Part shown: positions 10,333 through 22,158 of the stretch, piece by piece
Layout of the letters: each line of letters begins with the position of its first letter
Position numbering within the stretch: the first letter of the stretch is position 1
The notes under the pieces: model-generated
What the model was told of the DNA's origin: nothing
Databases searched by the model: none
The model's input: the letters and a program-made list of their open reading frames with translations, nothing else
Origin: Zygnema circumcarinatum SAG 698-1b
Lineage: Eukaryota; Plantae; Zygnematophyceae
NCBI GenBank assembly: GCA_037447605.1
Contig: CM074820.1
Location: 372,001-436,000, forward strand
Reading direction: 5' to 3'
Length of the DNA stretch: 64,000 bases
Program-made: the position numbers and the translations under genes

Positions 10333-11587
10333 CTAAACATCGTCTTCATTGATGAGTGAGCCGTCTCCGAGGACCATCCTCACGGCTCCACCTCTCGTCA
10401 CGGTAACTCCTTCACCGGTTGCTGAATGAACTGAGCGCGTCTTCTCCAAGACGTCGAGCTTGGAGAACATTGATGTGTCTCCGCACATATGCGTGGAAGC
10501 GCCGGAGTCAATCAGCCACGGCCGCTTCAGGTCCTCTGCCTGAATCCTTCCCACAAAATCGTGCTCAGTATTCTCTGCCAGCATGAGGTTGCTTTCAACT
10601 GCTACCTTGCAGTCTGAACTCTTGTGACCTCTCTTCTTGCACTTGAAACAAGTGCCGCTGAACGCCTTCTTCTCCTTCTTGCCGGATGAAGTCGCGTTTC
10701 CTCCCTTCTCTGGACTGCTTTTGTTCTTGAAACAGTCGCTGGAGTAGTGGCCGGTCTTGCCACATGTGAAGCATGTCACATTCGAGCGTTCTCCTCGGGC
10801 TGACTTCGGGGCGCCTCCTCCTCTTCGATTCGGTCGAGTGTGCAACGCGAGCACCTTCTCTTCTTGGCCGCCGACATCCTGAATCGAATCCTCCTCCTTT
10901 ATCCTACGCTTAACTTGTTCAAGCGTCATAGAGGTATTAGTCAGAACTGTCCTCAAGGCTGCCACTGAAACTTCGAATCTCCCGGGCAAACCCCCTAGAA
11001 ACTGGCTTATCTTATGGTCTGCATCTAACGGTTTCCCCAAGGCTATGAACCTCTCCATCAATGCATCAAATCTGACCATATAAGCTTCTAGTTTCTCCTC
11101 TGAAGTCATCTTCATCTTGCCTAGCTGTGTGTAAAGACTGACTATTGTCACATTGTCTTTCACATCATACATCTCCTCTAGACACTTCCACATAGCATGA
11201 GAGGTTTTCAGATCATACAGCATAGAGGATGGACTTCCTCTTACGCTCATAACTATTTGCGTCAGGGCTTTGTTGTCCTTGGCCTTCCATCGTGCGAGCG
11301 CCACGTCGTGCTCCGACTGCTGCTCCGCTGAGGCTCCAACCGGTAACTCCGGCGCCTTGATGCTGCCATCAACATACCCAAGCAACCCTTTGCCCACAAG
11401 CAAAGGCACCAACCTCCATCTCCATGCCTTGTAATCCTGCCCATCAAACGCCGGTATACTGAACTTGACGTGGTCCTCCGCGTCACCATGAGCTCTGATA
11501 CCACTTGTTGGTGCAGGGACTCCTCCTTCTTTGCGGCTTCTCCCTCGCATCACCTTCCGCCGGTTAGCGTTCAATCGATGATGACAT
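10333..11587 (-). CDS. Copia A gag plus protease (two CCHC knuckles, WLIDSGASTHMC); same frame as pol, separated by one TAG at 10333-10335
   Basis: Supplied ORF 10333-11616; CFTCGKTGHYSSDC and CFKCKKRGHKSSDC. The inferred start ATG at 11587 lies in U5 and is frameshifted in this LTR copy. Confidence 0.88.
11492..11503 (-). other. Primer-binding site (tRNAiMet) of copia A
   Basis: Minus strand TGGTATCAGAGC, 2 nt after the LTR terminal CA. Confidence 0.95.
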
Positions 11588-12506
11588 TTCCCAGCTCTCA
11601 CATTCCTCATAGCCATTTTACTCTCCCGCGGAGAGTGAACCTCTCCCGGAAGAGAATATGCCGCAGTGAGCTACTTGAGGAGAGAAAAGGATAAGAAAGC
11701 TCCTGGAAGCTCTAAAACTCCTTAATAATAATCTTATCAGCACAAAATGAGACCCCTCTCAAATAGCCCAATAAACTCAAAGCCCACTACCTCATGGCAC
11801 AAGCAAGTGTAATGTTCGGCAACACGAGCATGACTTCTCGAGTCACCACAATAGCTTCGTTGATGTGAAGTTAAAGATTAACAACCAAACAAAACAACAC
11901 ACTATATACTATGTCACAACATCATTGACACTACCATATTCTGAAGCTCACAACATGACTAGTGGCCGCAAGAATTCGATCCTCATCTGTAGCCGTGGTC
12001 GGATCCTCATTAGGCTCACCGGATCCGTACGTTTCCTCCGTCAGATCCGGCTTCGGCCTCTAAGGTAATCGCGTCTTGCGCGTGAGGATCGACCCGCTTC
12101 CATGATTGATGGCCAGCGCGTCAAACTCAGCGTCGTCGCGCATACCGACAAGCCCGGCGCGCTCCATTACAATGATGAATGTAGCGCCCGACATTTTGGC
12201 CGCCCGCGCTCAGCGTCAAGTCGAATCGTTCAATCAAAGGTTGGCGCGCGTCACGCCTTCGGTCAGCCAGCGAATTGGCGTCGCGCCAGCGCTCAATTAC
12301 GCTCGGCGGCGTCAGCATCGCGTCACTTTCCGATTCGTGGCGTCAGCGCCTCGTCGCCGACTCCGCGGCGCCCGCTCCTCTTCCACCGACCAAATGTCCG
12401 TACCGCAGCCTACTAACGTAGGCGCGCACCGCCGCCAAGGAAACACACAACACAAACACACAAAACTAATGTTCCAACAAAACATGCTAACTATCATACA
12501 CTAACA
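11506..12506 (-). repeat. Copia A 5' LTR (1001 bp)
   Basis: Minus strand TGTTAG...CCAACA; TATA-like TATTATTAAGGAG near 11720; followed by the PBS. Confidence 0.92.
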
Positions 12507-12646
12507 CATGCGGCCGATCCCCCCGTAAGGAGATCGGAGGGACCTTTGCCCGATTTCTTGGGGGAGGGTCCTGCAAAGCCGGGGCGGACCCCCCAATGGG
12601 GTCGCCCCGTCCGCCAACAGCACCAGCCGAAGGTGGATTGCTGCCT
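12507..12646 (-). pseudogene. G1 gag, N-terminal part, separated from the rest by copia A
   Basis: Removing 1676-12511 (element A plus one CATGC copy) restores one open frame ...QDPPPRNRAKVPPISLRGDRP|HADCPIDHW; the start is lost in the N gap 12647-13068. Confidence 0.8.
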
Positions 12647-13481
12647 NNNNNNNNNNNNNNNNNNNNNNNNNNNNNNNNNNNNNNNNNNNNNNNNNNNNNN
12701 NNNNNNNNNNNNNNNNNNNNNNNNNNNNNNNNNNNNNNNNNNNNNNNNNNNNNNNNNNNNNNNNNNNNNNNNNNNNNNNNNNNNNNNNNNNNNNNNNNNN
12801 NNNNNNNNNNNNNNNNNNNNNNNNNNNNNNNNNNNNNNNNNNNNNNNNNNNNNNNNNNNNNNNNNNNNNNNNNNNNNNNNNNNNNNNNNNNNNNNNNNNN
12901 NNNNNNNNNNNNNNNNNNNNNNNNNNNNNNNNNNNNNNNNNNNNNNNNNNNNNNNNNNNNNNNNNNNNNNNNNNNNNNNNNNNNNNNNNNNNNNNNNNNN
13001 NNNNNNNNNNNNNNNNNNNNNNNNNNNNNNNNNNNNNNNNNNNNNNNNNNNNNNNNNNNNNNNNNNNNCCTTAGCCGACTGATCGGCTAAGGACAAGCCC
13101 GTGGTCTCGCCGCATCTCACGGGGCGCGTCGCGACGCGGCGCGCCGTCGTGCAGCGGCGCACGGCTAAGTCTGACAGAGTCAGACCTGTCAGCCCGTCCG
13201 TACAATACGGACGGTACTTGTCAAAAGATGCCACCGCATCTCGCGGGTCGCGCCGCCGTGCGGCGGCGCGCGGCCAGATCACTGGCCGAGGGATCCGTAT
13301 GTCAACGCGCGACCGTACGATCCGTACGGCCGACCTGTACGATCCAAAAGAGATCTTTTGCCTGCCACAAGGATCGAGCCCAAGACCTCCTGCGGTCTTG
13401 GCAGCGTCTTAACCTATCCGCTAGGCGCTGAGATGAAGGGACAGTCATAGTATCACTATGAGTACGCCTCCAGGGTGACGC

Positions 13482-13913
13482 TGTAGCGTTACGCTACAGT
13501 GCCCCCTTCCGGACCCCCTCTTGCATTCATCCCACGCCCCTTATACGCTCCCCCCGTCGAACCCTTTACCAGCGTAAGGGACCGGGAGCAGGGCTAGCCA
13601 ATGGCGCTATGCCACGTGGCCAATTGGCTGGTCCAATGCCAGTTGTATGAGAGGCCGGTCACGGTCACCAGCATTCCCAATGTGTGACCGTGACACGTCA
13701 CTCCGTATAGCGACCGGCGGTCGTGGTCGCGTTCCGATCTCGAACGCAACGCGCGACGCCGCGAATCGCCGTCAGTCCGTACCGTCCGTACGGGCGGTAC
13801 GGATCCGTACGGCTACACCGTACGACTGTACGGATGGCCCGGACGGCCAAACCGTACGGAAATCCTCAGGATGCCGGCGGCACCGTGGTGTCTGTAGCGT
13901 TCAGTTAGCTACA
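13482..13913 (-). repeat. 432-bp gypsy-type LTR (probable 5' LTR of G1)
   Basis: Termini TGTAGC...GCTACA; PPT-like GGGGGGGGAGTAA at 13914-13926 on the minus strand; TATA-like GTATAAG near 13541-13546. Linkage to G1 crosses an N gap. Confidence 0.7.
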
Positions 13914-13968
13914 TTACTCCCCCCCCAATGCGAAGTGTGAACGTCCTCGTTCACGAGGNNNNNNNNNN

Positions 13969-14657
13969 GCCAAGCACTTACTGCCTCCATGAACTCCTCC
14001 TCTACCTCAACACATGAGGGACACATCATCTAACTTCTTCACTGAAGCTTAGCATGATGAGAGCTAGTTCTCACGACCTTCATACACAAGGCCGGACTCC
14101 TCTACGCCTCAACCTCTGCTTGCTCTTCCTTGTTGGTGCAAGGGGCAGCAAGAAAGGAAAGACTCAAGGAAGGGCATCACATGCCTTGGTATCAGAGCTC
14201 TAAACTTTTCTTTTGCTTCTCCTTGGGCCACATACCGCTCCGCTACGATATGCCTTCTCGTCCACCTCTCACCAGGTGCGCACAGCGGAAAACTAAAACA
14301 CCCCACCTCAACAAGTGAACTTCTTCATCTCCTCCATGGTCTCGGCTCCTCAACTCCACGCTCCTCCAATGATCTCCTCGTGTGGAGCAACACACCGCCC
14401 ATACAATGGTCGCCTCCACTCATCCACCACGTCAATCCAACACGAGGACTCACATGACAAATGATACAGTAGTAAGGAGAAAGCCCACGGCCCCAAAACT
14501 CGTTAAACTCCATGAGTGTAATACAAGCTCTTCTAGGAAATCTACATAATCCCTTATGCTAGATTCTCCTCCTCTCATGAGCACTATCCTATCCTCTCAT
14601 AGATAGCCTACACCCCAACTGCAGTAGCCAAGCACTACCTGCCTCCATGAACTCCTC
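13969..14657 (-). repeat. B-family LTR fragments: U3 piece 13969-14130 interrupted by another B-family LTR end starting at 14131
   Basis: 13969-14130 matches ~2064-2225; 14131 onward matches 5763 onward; bounded by N gaps on both sides. Confidence 0.8.
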
Positions 14658-14667
14658 NNNNNNNNNN

Positions 14668-17600
14668 ATGCATTTGAAAACACCTCACTCCAGCTTAGTG
14701 ACTTTCTAAGGAATGCCAAGAAGGGAAGTGTACTGCACCATCATCATGATGACAATCTCCACACTCTGCCTCTCCCTTGATTCCGTTGCCACCAGCCGCG
14801 CCCTCAAGCGCTCCTTGCCGCCACTTGATCTCCATGATCACTTGCAGCTCCTCGAATCTTCAAGGTCTTCTCTTCAACGCTTCAAAACTGCTCAGCCTCC
14901 ACTATCATAGCCTCTTCTTCATTTCTCCCACTCCGGAGAAAGGTCATCTGAAGTCAGCATCTCCAGCCTATGGTCTTGCTGCTCCTCCGCTAATGATAAG
15001 CATGATTAGTCTTTCGGGCTACACTAGAAGCACCCTCCTCTAACCATGTACCTGAGTCTGACTATCTTCTTCCTTTGAGGGAAACCGAAATCTCTCCCTC
15101 AAAAGTCTATCACACAAAAGGTGCAAGGCTGCGGTACCTTGTTCAGAGCGCCATCCCCTCATGAGTGCGACCACGCCAGCTCCATGTCGATGCCTCTGTC
15201 CTCTTGTGACTTCCGGACCTAGGCACCTCTGAAGATTCTAGTCCTTGCAAGCACCCTCAAGCTCTACCAGCTTGAGTGACCGAGTTCTTTGATGCCGAGC
15301 TCCACAAGCTGTCGTGCCAACGTCCACCGCTGCACCTTCCTCTTTTCGAAGAAGTACAAGCTACTCCGCTCTCTCCCTTCACAAGGGTCTCCATCTGCAT
15401 CTAGCTTCACCTGCTTGCCTCCAAAATAATTTCACCTTTTAAAGAAAAAAATTCAAATAAAAAATCAGTGGTCTAAAAGTACTGCACCTTGACTTCCAAG
15501 GCAGCTGTACGCCACTTCTCCTTCGAGATCCATCAGCTCCTCTTGCCTCCTCTTGAGTTCAGCAACTTGGCTCCTCCTCTGAAAATTTCTATCCCTTGTT
15601 CCCGAGTAAACTAAGCGTGCACTCCCAGCAAACTCTTCGAACAAAGATCAGGTCCACGTCTGGACACGACTGAGCCACCATGCCGAGATCTCCTTGGATC
15701 CGAATGATCCCTCCACAAGAATCAGCCCTGCAAGTTCGTTAGCAAAAATGATCTCCAGAAGCTCCCGGCTGCATAATGTCGACTTGGAATGGAATCCTCC
15801 TCGTCCGACTTCAGCCTTGCCCCTTCTTGAATGGTTGTCAACGCCTCTTGACTCTGTCCACTCTACTTCTTTGCTGGGCATCTACTCCTCCGTGAAGTAA
15901 ACTCTGTAGAAAGTTATGACTCCTCTCCTACCTCTGAATTGATCTCTCCACTACCCCTCGGGGAATTCCCTTTAACTCCTCCTTAGTGGTCCTTCACTAA
16001 CATCTTTAGTGACTATCAATTCCACTAGATCTGTCCACCAGACTAGTCAGGATTTAAGCAATGATTCCTGGGCAGCTTTCTCCCCTAGATCCTAGATCTT
16101 GGGCCTCCTTCACCCCAGACGCATCTGAAATGAACTAATTCCTTACGTGGCACTCCTTGCCACTCTACACCTCTCCTAGTCTCTCCCACAACAGATGTGA
16201 AGGTTCCAGTTCGTTAGTCTCTAACTCCAAAGCTAGTCTCTAATCCCAAGAGCGTGCTTGGGAGGGCAGTCCCCTCCACATACCGTGGCAATCTCGATAT
16301 GGAACTGGAGCCTTCTCCACTTCTCGAAGTGCTGGTAAGTTCTCCCCTCGAATCCTTCGATGAAGCCACTTCGCCTTCTACATATCCGAGCATACAAGCT
16401 CCCAAAGGTGAGTCCACCCTTGCTTGTGCGTCTCTCACGCTGCCGCCTCCAACTCCGCTGAGTTGGGTCACCTCAAGTGTGTGCTACTCAATGCAGCACC
16501 TCCACGCCGCCAGACCTTGACTCCCTTGAGCCGGATCTCTCAAAACGACGTTAGAATCAATGTCGTTAGGCTAGCCTTCTTTCGCACTCTTTCCATCGAG
16601 CTGTCAAGACTAGAACTCTAAACGCATTCTCTCCTTCCTGTAGCTTCTCCAAGCTGACTATTTCAGCAACTTGCTTGCTACAAAACGAAACCATAAACGT
16701 GACTCCGAGTTTGACCATAGCTATCCTCTTTTGAGTACCCTTTTGAGCCAACTATTCAGCTCCCCCAAAAGAACTACCTCCTCCTCTTTCAGCTCTCTCT
16801 TAGCCGGGGCGTGATCTATGCCTTTGGAACTCATACTTCAAGGATCTGAAACTCTAATTTAGTGCATATGCTCCAAGACCCCTCACTACTTGGTACTCTT
16901 TCGGATTACAACTATAAGCTCTAAGACTGAACCTTAAGCACCAGATGCTCCAAGAATTCAACTGCTAGCTCTGAGCACACCACTTGTTGGTGCAAGGAGG
17001 CCCCAGGGGGCAGACTTCTGCTGAAGGATAATACATGCCCGGATGGCTCAAAACTTCTTCATCTTCCACTTGGGCCACATACCGCTTCCTCCACGAACTG
17101 CCTTCCATCCACCCTTGCCGCATGCAGCGGAAAAACTAAACGCCGCCACCTACAAGAACACTTCAACTCCCTCCATGGTCTCGCTCCTCAAGTCCACGCC
17201 ACACGATCTCCCTCATGTGGAGCAACAACACACCGCCCATGTACAATGGCTGCCTCCACCATCCACCACGCCAATCCAAATGACTCACACATGACAAATG
17301 ATGCGCACAAGGAGAAAGCCCACGCCATAAAACCTCTTAAACTTCAAGAGTGTAATAAGCCTCTCATAAAATCTACATATAAATCCTTATGCTAGATTCT
17401 CCTCCTCACATGAGCCTATCCTATTCTCTCGACAGCCTATACACTCATCGCAGTAAAGCAAGCACTTTCACGCTTCCATGAACTCCTCCTCTACCTCCTC
17501 AACATGAGGGACACATCATCTAACTTCTTCTTACCAAAGCTTAGCATGATGAGTTGCCTCACGACCTTCATACACAAGCAAGCCGACTCCTCGGCCGCCA

Positions 17601-18593
17601 ACTCTCGCTTGCTCTTCTTCCTGTAAACAAATTCAATGACAGAGTAAAGATACATTCGTGAGAGTTGAGCTGAGTTAGTGGGAGTGAGTAGTGAGAGCCA
17701 AGCTTGCTCTCTGCTAAATTCATGGCGGCGCGTGACGCGGACACAATTGTCACGTCACGCCGCTCCCTGTATCTCCGCTGAGTGGGCTTATGACTCGTAA
17801 TTAGCTTACCGCCTAGTGCGCTCGTGAACCCAATGCATGGCTCTAATTCCAGTTCTTGCCCATCCGCATAGCTTCCCGGGCTGGGCCAGCCTCGCAGCAT
17901 TTCTTCGCCACCATTCTCGGCTGCATAATCGAAGCAGCTAACTCCACTCGCTGCAGTGGTCCATATGGCGGTTCCCGACCACACATTCCCTTGTCGCTTC
18001 CGCTGCCGCAACTCTCCCCTCCTCAAGGCCAAGGCCATGTAATTAATTAGGATTCGCCGTCAAGATTCACAAGACTCGCTGGCAAGACTTCCACATGGCC
18101 TGTGATTCAAGGTGACCTCAAGGCCGCACTAATCAAATAAGACTCCAAATATCTCTCACAAGTTCTCCACCGACATTGCTTTAACCCTGCGGCCACGTCA
18201 CGCTCAGTTGCGCTGTTTGGCGCGGCTGCCGCTGACCAATCATGTCGCCACGCAATCTCAGCCTCCCGCCTATAATGTCCTCAAGGCTCCCAAACTCCGC
18301 TGGGCCGGGCCCTGCATACCAGCGCTGTCCAGACGCCGCCGCCCAACTGGCCTGCCACTCCGCGACCCCTTTGGTTCGACGGTCAAAGCCGCAAAACCCA
18401 GACGGTAATCTTAAACTATTCCTAGACTCCACTGCATCGCGGCTCCTAATGATATCGGCACTTCATGTTTCGCCCTACACCAAACATGACCGTTCATGCA
18501 TGACATTGTCCCTATACCAACACATTGATCTCCCGGACAACATTCATGCTAGGAACTAAGTACCAACACCTTGATGTACCCCATACATACACA
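14668..18593 (-). mobile_element. Non-autonomous element C (B relative): non-coding interior 14668-16984 and 1.6-kb 5' LTR 16985-18593
   Basis: Interior aligns by eye to B 3870-5760; LTR begins tgttggtgcaagg and ends ...catacatacaca; degenerate PBS at ~16968-16982. Confidence 0.8.
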
Positions 18594-21530
18594 ATAATCC
18601 TTATCTCTGCTCGGCTATGCAATTGGCCAAAGCAGTTAAGGAGGGTTGCACCTTGTTCATGGTGCATGTCATGGCAGCCACTGAGGATGTTCATGACGAA
18701 CATCAGGAATGGCAGATCACATCTACGGATGTGCTCTCGGCTGTTCCATCCCAGATCCAACCTCTGTTGGATGAATTCAGGGATGTCTTCCCTGATGACC
18801 TTCCAAGGGGGTTGCCCCCATCGAGAGGGGTGGGGCACACAATCCCTCTTGAGCCTGAGCAAAAGCCGCCTTGGCGGCCGATCTATCGGTTAAGTCCNNN
18901 NNNNNNNATCTGTTGGATCGTCTTCACGGCGCCAAAGTGTTTACATCACTTGATCTTGCTCAGGGGTACCATCAGATCCGCGTTACGGAGGCTGATGTGC
19001 CAAAGACTGCGTTCCGGACGCCGATTGGTCATTTCCAATATAAGGTGTTGCCCTTTGGATTGACTAATGCTCCGGCAACTTTCTAGGCTGTGATGAACGA
19101 AATGTTCATCGGCATGGACGAGTTTGTTTTGGTTTACCTCGATGATATCCTTGTCTTCAGTAAGACGGAGGAGGAACATCTTGAACACGTTCAAAAAGTG
19201 TTTGAGACCCTGAGGAAACACCAGTTTTATGCCAAGAGGAAGATGTGTCACTTCATGCAACGTGAGTTGCTCTATCTTGGGCATATCTTGAATGATCAAG
19301 GCCTTCGGCCTGATCCTGCCAAAGTTTCAGCAGTAGAAACTTGGGCGCCACCGACTGACTTGCACCAATTGCGGTCTTTTCTGGGCTTTGCGAATTATTT
19401 TCGTAAGTTCATCCAAGGGTTTAGTAAATTGGTTACTCCCTTGACTAATTTGACACGTTCCGGTGTCCCGTTTACATGGACCCCTGAATGCCAGGATGCA
19501 TTCGAAGGTGTGCGCCATGCACTTGTTACCGCACCCACTCTCCGTTTAGCGGACCCGTCCAAGCCTTATGAAGTGGTTTGTGATGCTTCGGGATTCGCCT
19601 TGGGTGCCGTCTTGTTTCAAGATGGCCAACCTCTGGCGTATGAAAGTCGCAAAATGAATCCCGCTGAGCGCAACTATTCTGCAACAGAACAGGAACTGCT
19701 TGCAGTAGTCCACGCCCTGAGGACATGGCGGTGTTATTTAGAGGGGGCGAAAGCGGTCACGCTGGTCACTGACCACCGCCCGCTGACGTTTCTCTCAACC
19801 CAACAGACCACGTGGCGAAGAGCCTGGTACGAGTTCCTCAAAGGTTTGACTGCGGTGGGTTTACATGGGGCCGAGGAGGCTGAATGTAGCGGGGCCACTG
19901 GTAGGCACGGCACCCGACGCCTGCCTTGCCTGGATGAAACAAATGCATTTCAGGTGTTGGTGGAACGAGATGACAGGGGGGTGAGGGCGACCAGCCCGGG
20001 GCTCGTCTCCTGGTATGCTTTTGTCATATATCCCTCCACCAGTGACGCAGTCAACCCTCCTGCTCTCTTTGATCTCAGACAGATGATCCAGGAGGGGTAT
20101 ACTGGTGATCCTTTGTTCCTAGATGGCCAAGGTAATGGCTATAAGGTCAAAGTGGTGTCTAAGGGCGGATTTTTGGTACACCCGCGGCCAGCGGTTGAGG
20201 GTCTACCCAAGGCGAGGGAGGTGTGCAGAGCTCGTGCGGGTGTTTACGCTGATCCCTCCGTACCCAGGGTCACATGGGGAGTTGCCGAAACCATTGAGGC
20301 ACTGCCTACGAGAGTTCTGGTAGCCTGGACTCGAGGGATAATGGCGTATGTACTGGCTTGTCCAACTGTCAGCGAAACAAACCCCGCGCACAGCGGGATC
20401 CACACGGCTGAAAGCTGCAACCCCTCACACCTCATTTTCGGAAATGGGACAGTGTGGGTATGGACTTGATCACAGATCTTCCTGTGACACCTCGGGGGCA
20501 TGACTCCATCCTCGTCTTTGTCGATCGGCTTAGCAAGATGGTGCATTTTGCACCAACTACTAAGACAGCTGGGGCCGACGAGATTGCACGGTTGTATGTT
20601 GACAAAGTGTGGAGCCAGCATGGTCTTCGATGAAATTGTGTCGACCGTGATCCGCGATTCACCGGCCATTTTGGGCGAGGAAGTGCTCTAAGATCGTTGG
20701 GATGGCGGTTGAGTGGAAACTTTCCACCCAGGCTGATGGCGGGGCGGAGCGGGTGAATAGGATCTGGAGGATTACCTCCGGCATTATGTGGGACCTACCC
20801 CGGATGGGTGCGACGAACTGCTCCCAGTGGCTGAGTATGCCATCAATAATGCTTACCAGGAGTCCATTGGTACCACCCACTGTACTGAACTTTAGTGCAT
20901 CCCTAAATCCCCTGCGACGAGGATCCCGGTGATCAGGTGGAACATAGATCCGCAGAACCCGAACCCTTGGAAGGCTGAGGAGGGCGTGGGACTCAACCTC
21001 CATGGTCCGGATCTTTGTCGGCTAATGTGCGGTATTTGCGGAGAACACGGCGGACCACGCTAGCTGGCCCGGTGGAAACCGAGGCCTATGTGACCGTCCA
21101 GTACCCAACTCACCTTGATGAGGCGTGTGAGGTGTTGTTGAGCTCTGGCCCGAACTTGAGGGCGCTCAAAGCTTATGGCCGGAACCGTAGGCTGTGGCCC
21201 AGCTTCATCGGACCTTCGAGGTCGAGGAAGCCGAATCAATGATAATACATTTTACGAGGTTGGATTTACTGCATCCCACATGAAGGTGCATCCACGATGC
21301 TTTCATGTGGGTTTGCTAAGGGTCTGGTAGCTGATGGGAGATCAACCACCTCCCCCGCGGTGGAACTTGAAGGTGAACTTGGTATAAAGTTGAAACCATT
21401 CAAGCCCGTGTGAAGCAAAAGTGCGCTCTTCGAATCACGAATACCTGGTAGAAGTGGTTGGGCTATGGGGTTGAGCATACGTGGGAAGCCGAGGGGCAAT
21501 AACCAATTGCCGGGAGCTGTCGAAGCTTTG
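18594..21530 (+). pseudogene. G2 pol polyprotein, disrupted (TAG at 19084-19086, many frameshifts after ~19800, N gap 18898-18907)
   Basis: ORFs 18617-19063, 18871-19086, 19090-20469 and 20500-20932 tile gypsy pol motifs. Confidence 0.85.
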
Positions 21531-22158
21531 TCTTTGCTGAGGCCCTTGACGCGGAGAAGCGAGAGCGGCCTTGAAAAGGGTTCTGAGCCGTCCACGCACC
21601 TTCGGGAAAGGGACTTGACGGGATTATCGGCCGAAACCTCGGTTATGGCGTAGAGTTAGCGTGCCGTTGAAACTTCTGGCTGCGCCTGCTTACCCAGCTG
21701 GCGCGTGAGCGAGGCGTTAGCGTCCTACATGAGGGGTAATGTAGCGAAAGCCTTCTGATGCGCCCAGCGGGAGAATTGCCAGGAAGCGGCGCTCGTCCAC
21801 AGTACTCTCACCCGAGGCGGCCGAGTGGCCAAAGGCGTCGAGACCACTAGAGACGAGGAAGGGTCACAGGATGTTGCCTGCCGAAGGATTTCTTGAGGAG
21901 TTCGATCTTGGCCTTGATACTCTTGCGAAGGGCGTAATATATGTATCAGCGTCGCCGTGTGGTCGAGGATTACGGAATCCGACCATCTTCTACGTTTAAT
22001 AGCGTAGCGTCGATACAATTAAGTTCACCGTTGATGGGACGGGTATCGATCGGACACAGCAGCGCGTAGCGTAGGATCGACCCGATTACGCGCTGGCCTC
22101 GTGGCGCGTCGCGATGTCTTGCCGCTGAAGGCTGCGGTGGCGTGCGTCACGTTGTACA
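18594..22158 (+). mobile_element. Ty3/gypsy chromovirus G2 (5'-truncated): RT, RNase H, integrase, chromodomain, PPT, 3' LTR
   Basis: [27 protein letters not shown] (~19135), CDASGFALGAVL, TDHRPL, VDRLSKMVHF, chromodomain remnants EYLV.WLGYG...TWE (~21440-21500); PPT GAGGGGTAA 21731-21739; LTR starts TGTAGCG at 21740, end uncertain (22017 or 22158). Confidence 0.88.

Larger units (their letters stand above)
1676..12506 (-). mobile_element. Ty1/copia LTR retrotransposon A (near-intact, autonomous type), with element B nested in its 3' LTR
   Basis: TG...CA termini; 5-bp TSD CATGC at 1671-1675 and 12507-12511; PBS, PPT and gag-PR-IN-RT-RH order all present. Confidence 0.93.

Noticed and set aside
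10333-10335. In-frame TAG between copia A gag-PR and pol as programmed readthrough
   Set aside because: It lies inside the protease domain, after the DSGA active site, and lacks a CARYYA-type readthrough context (TAG GAG AAA); a nonsense mutation or base error is simpler.
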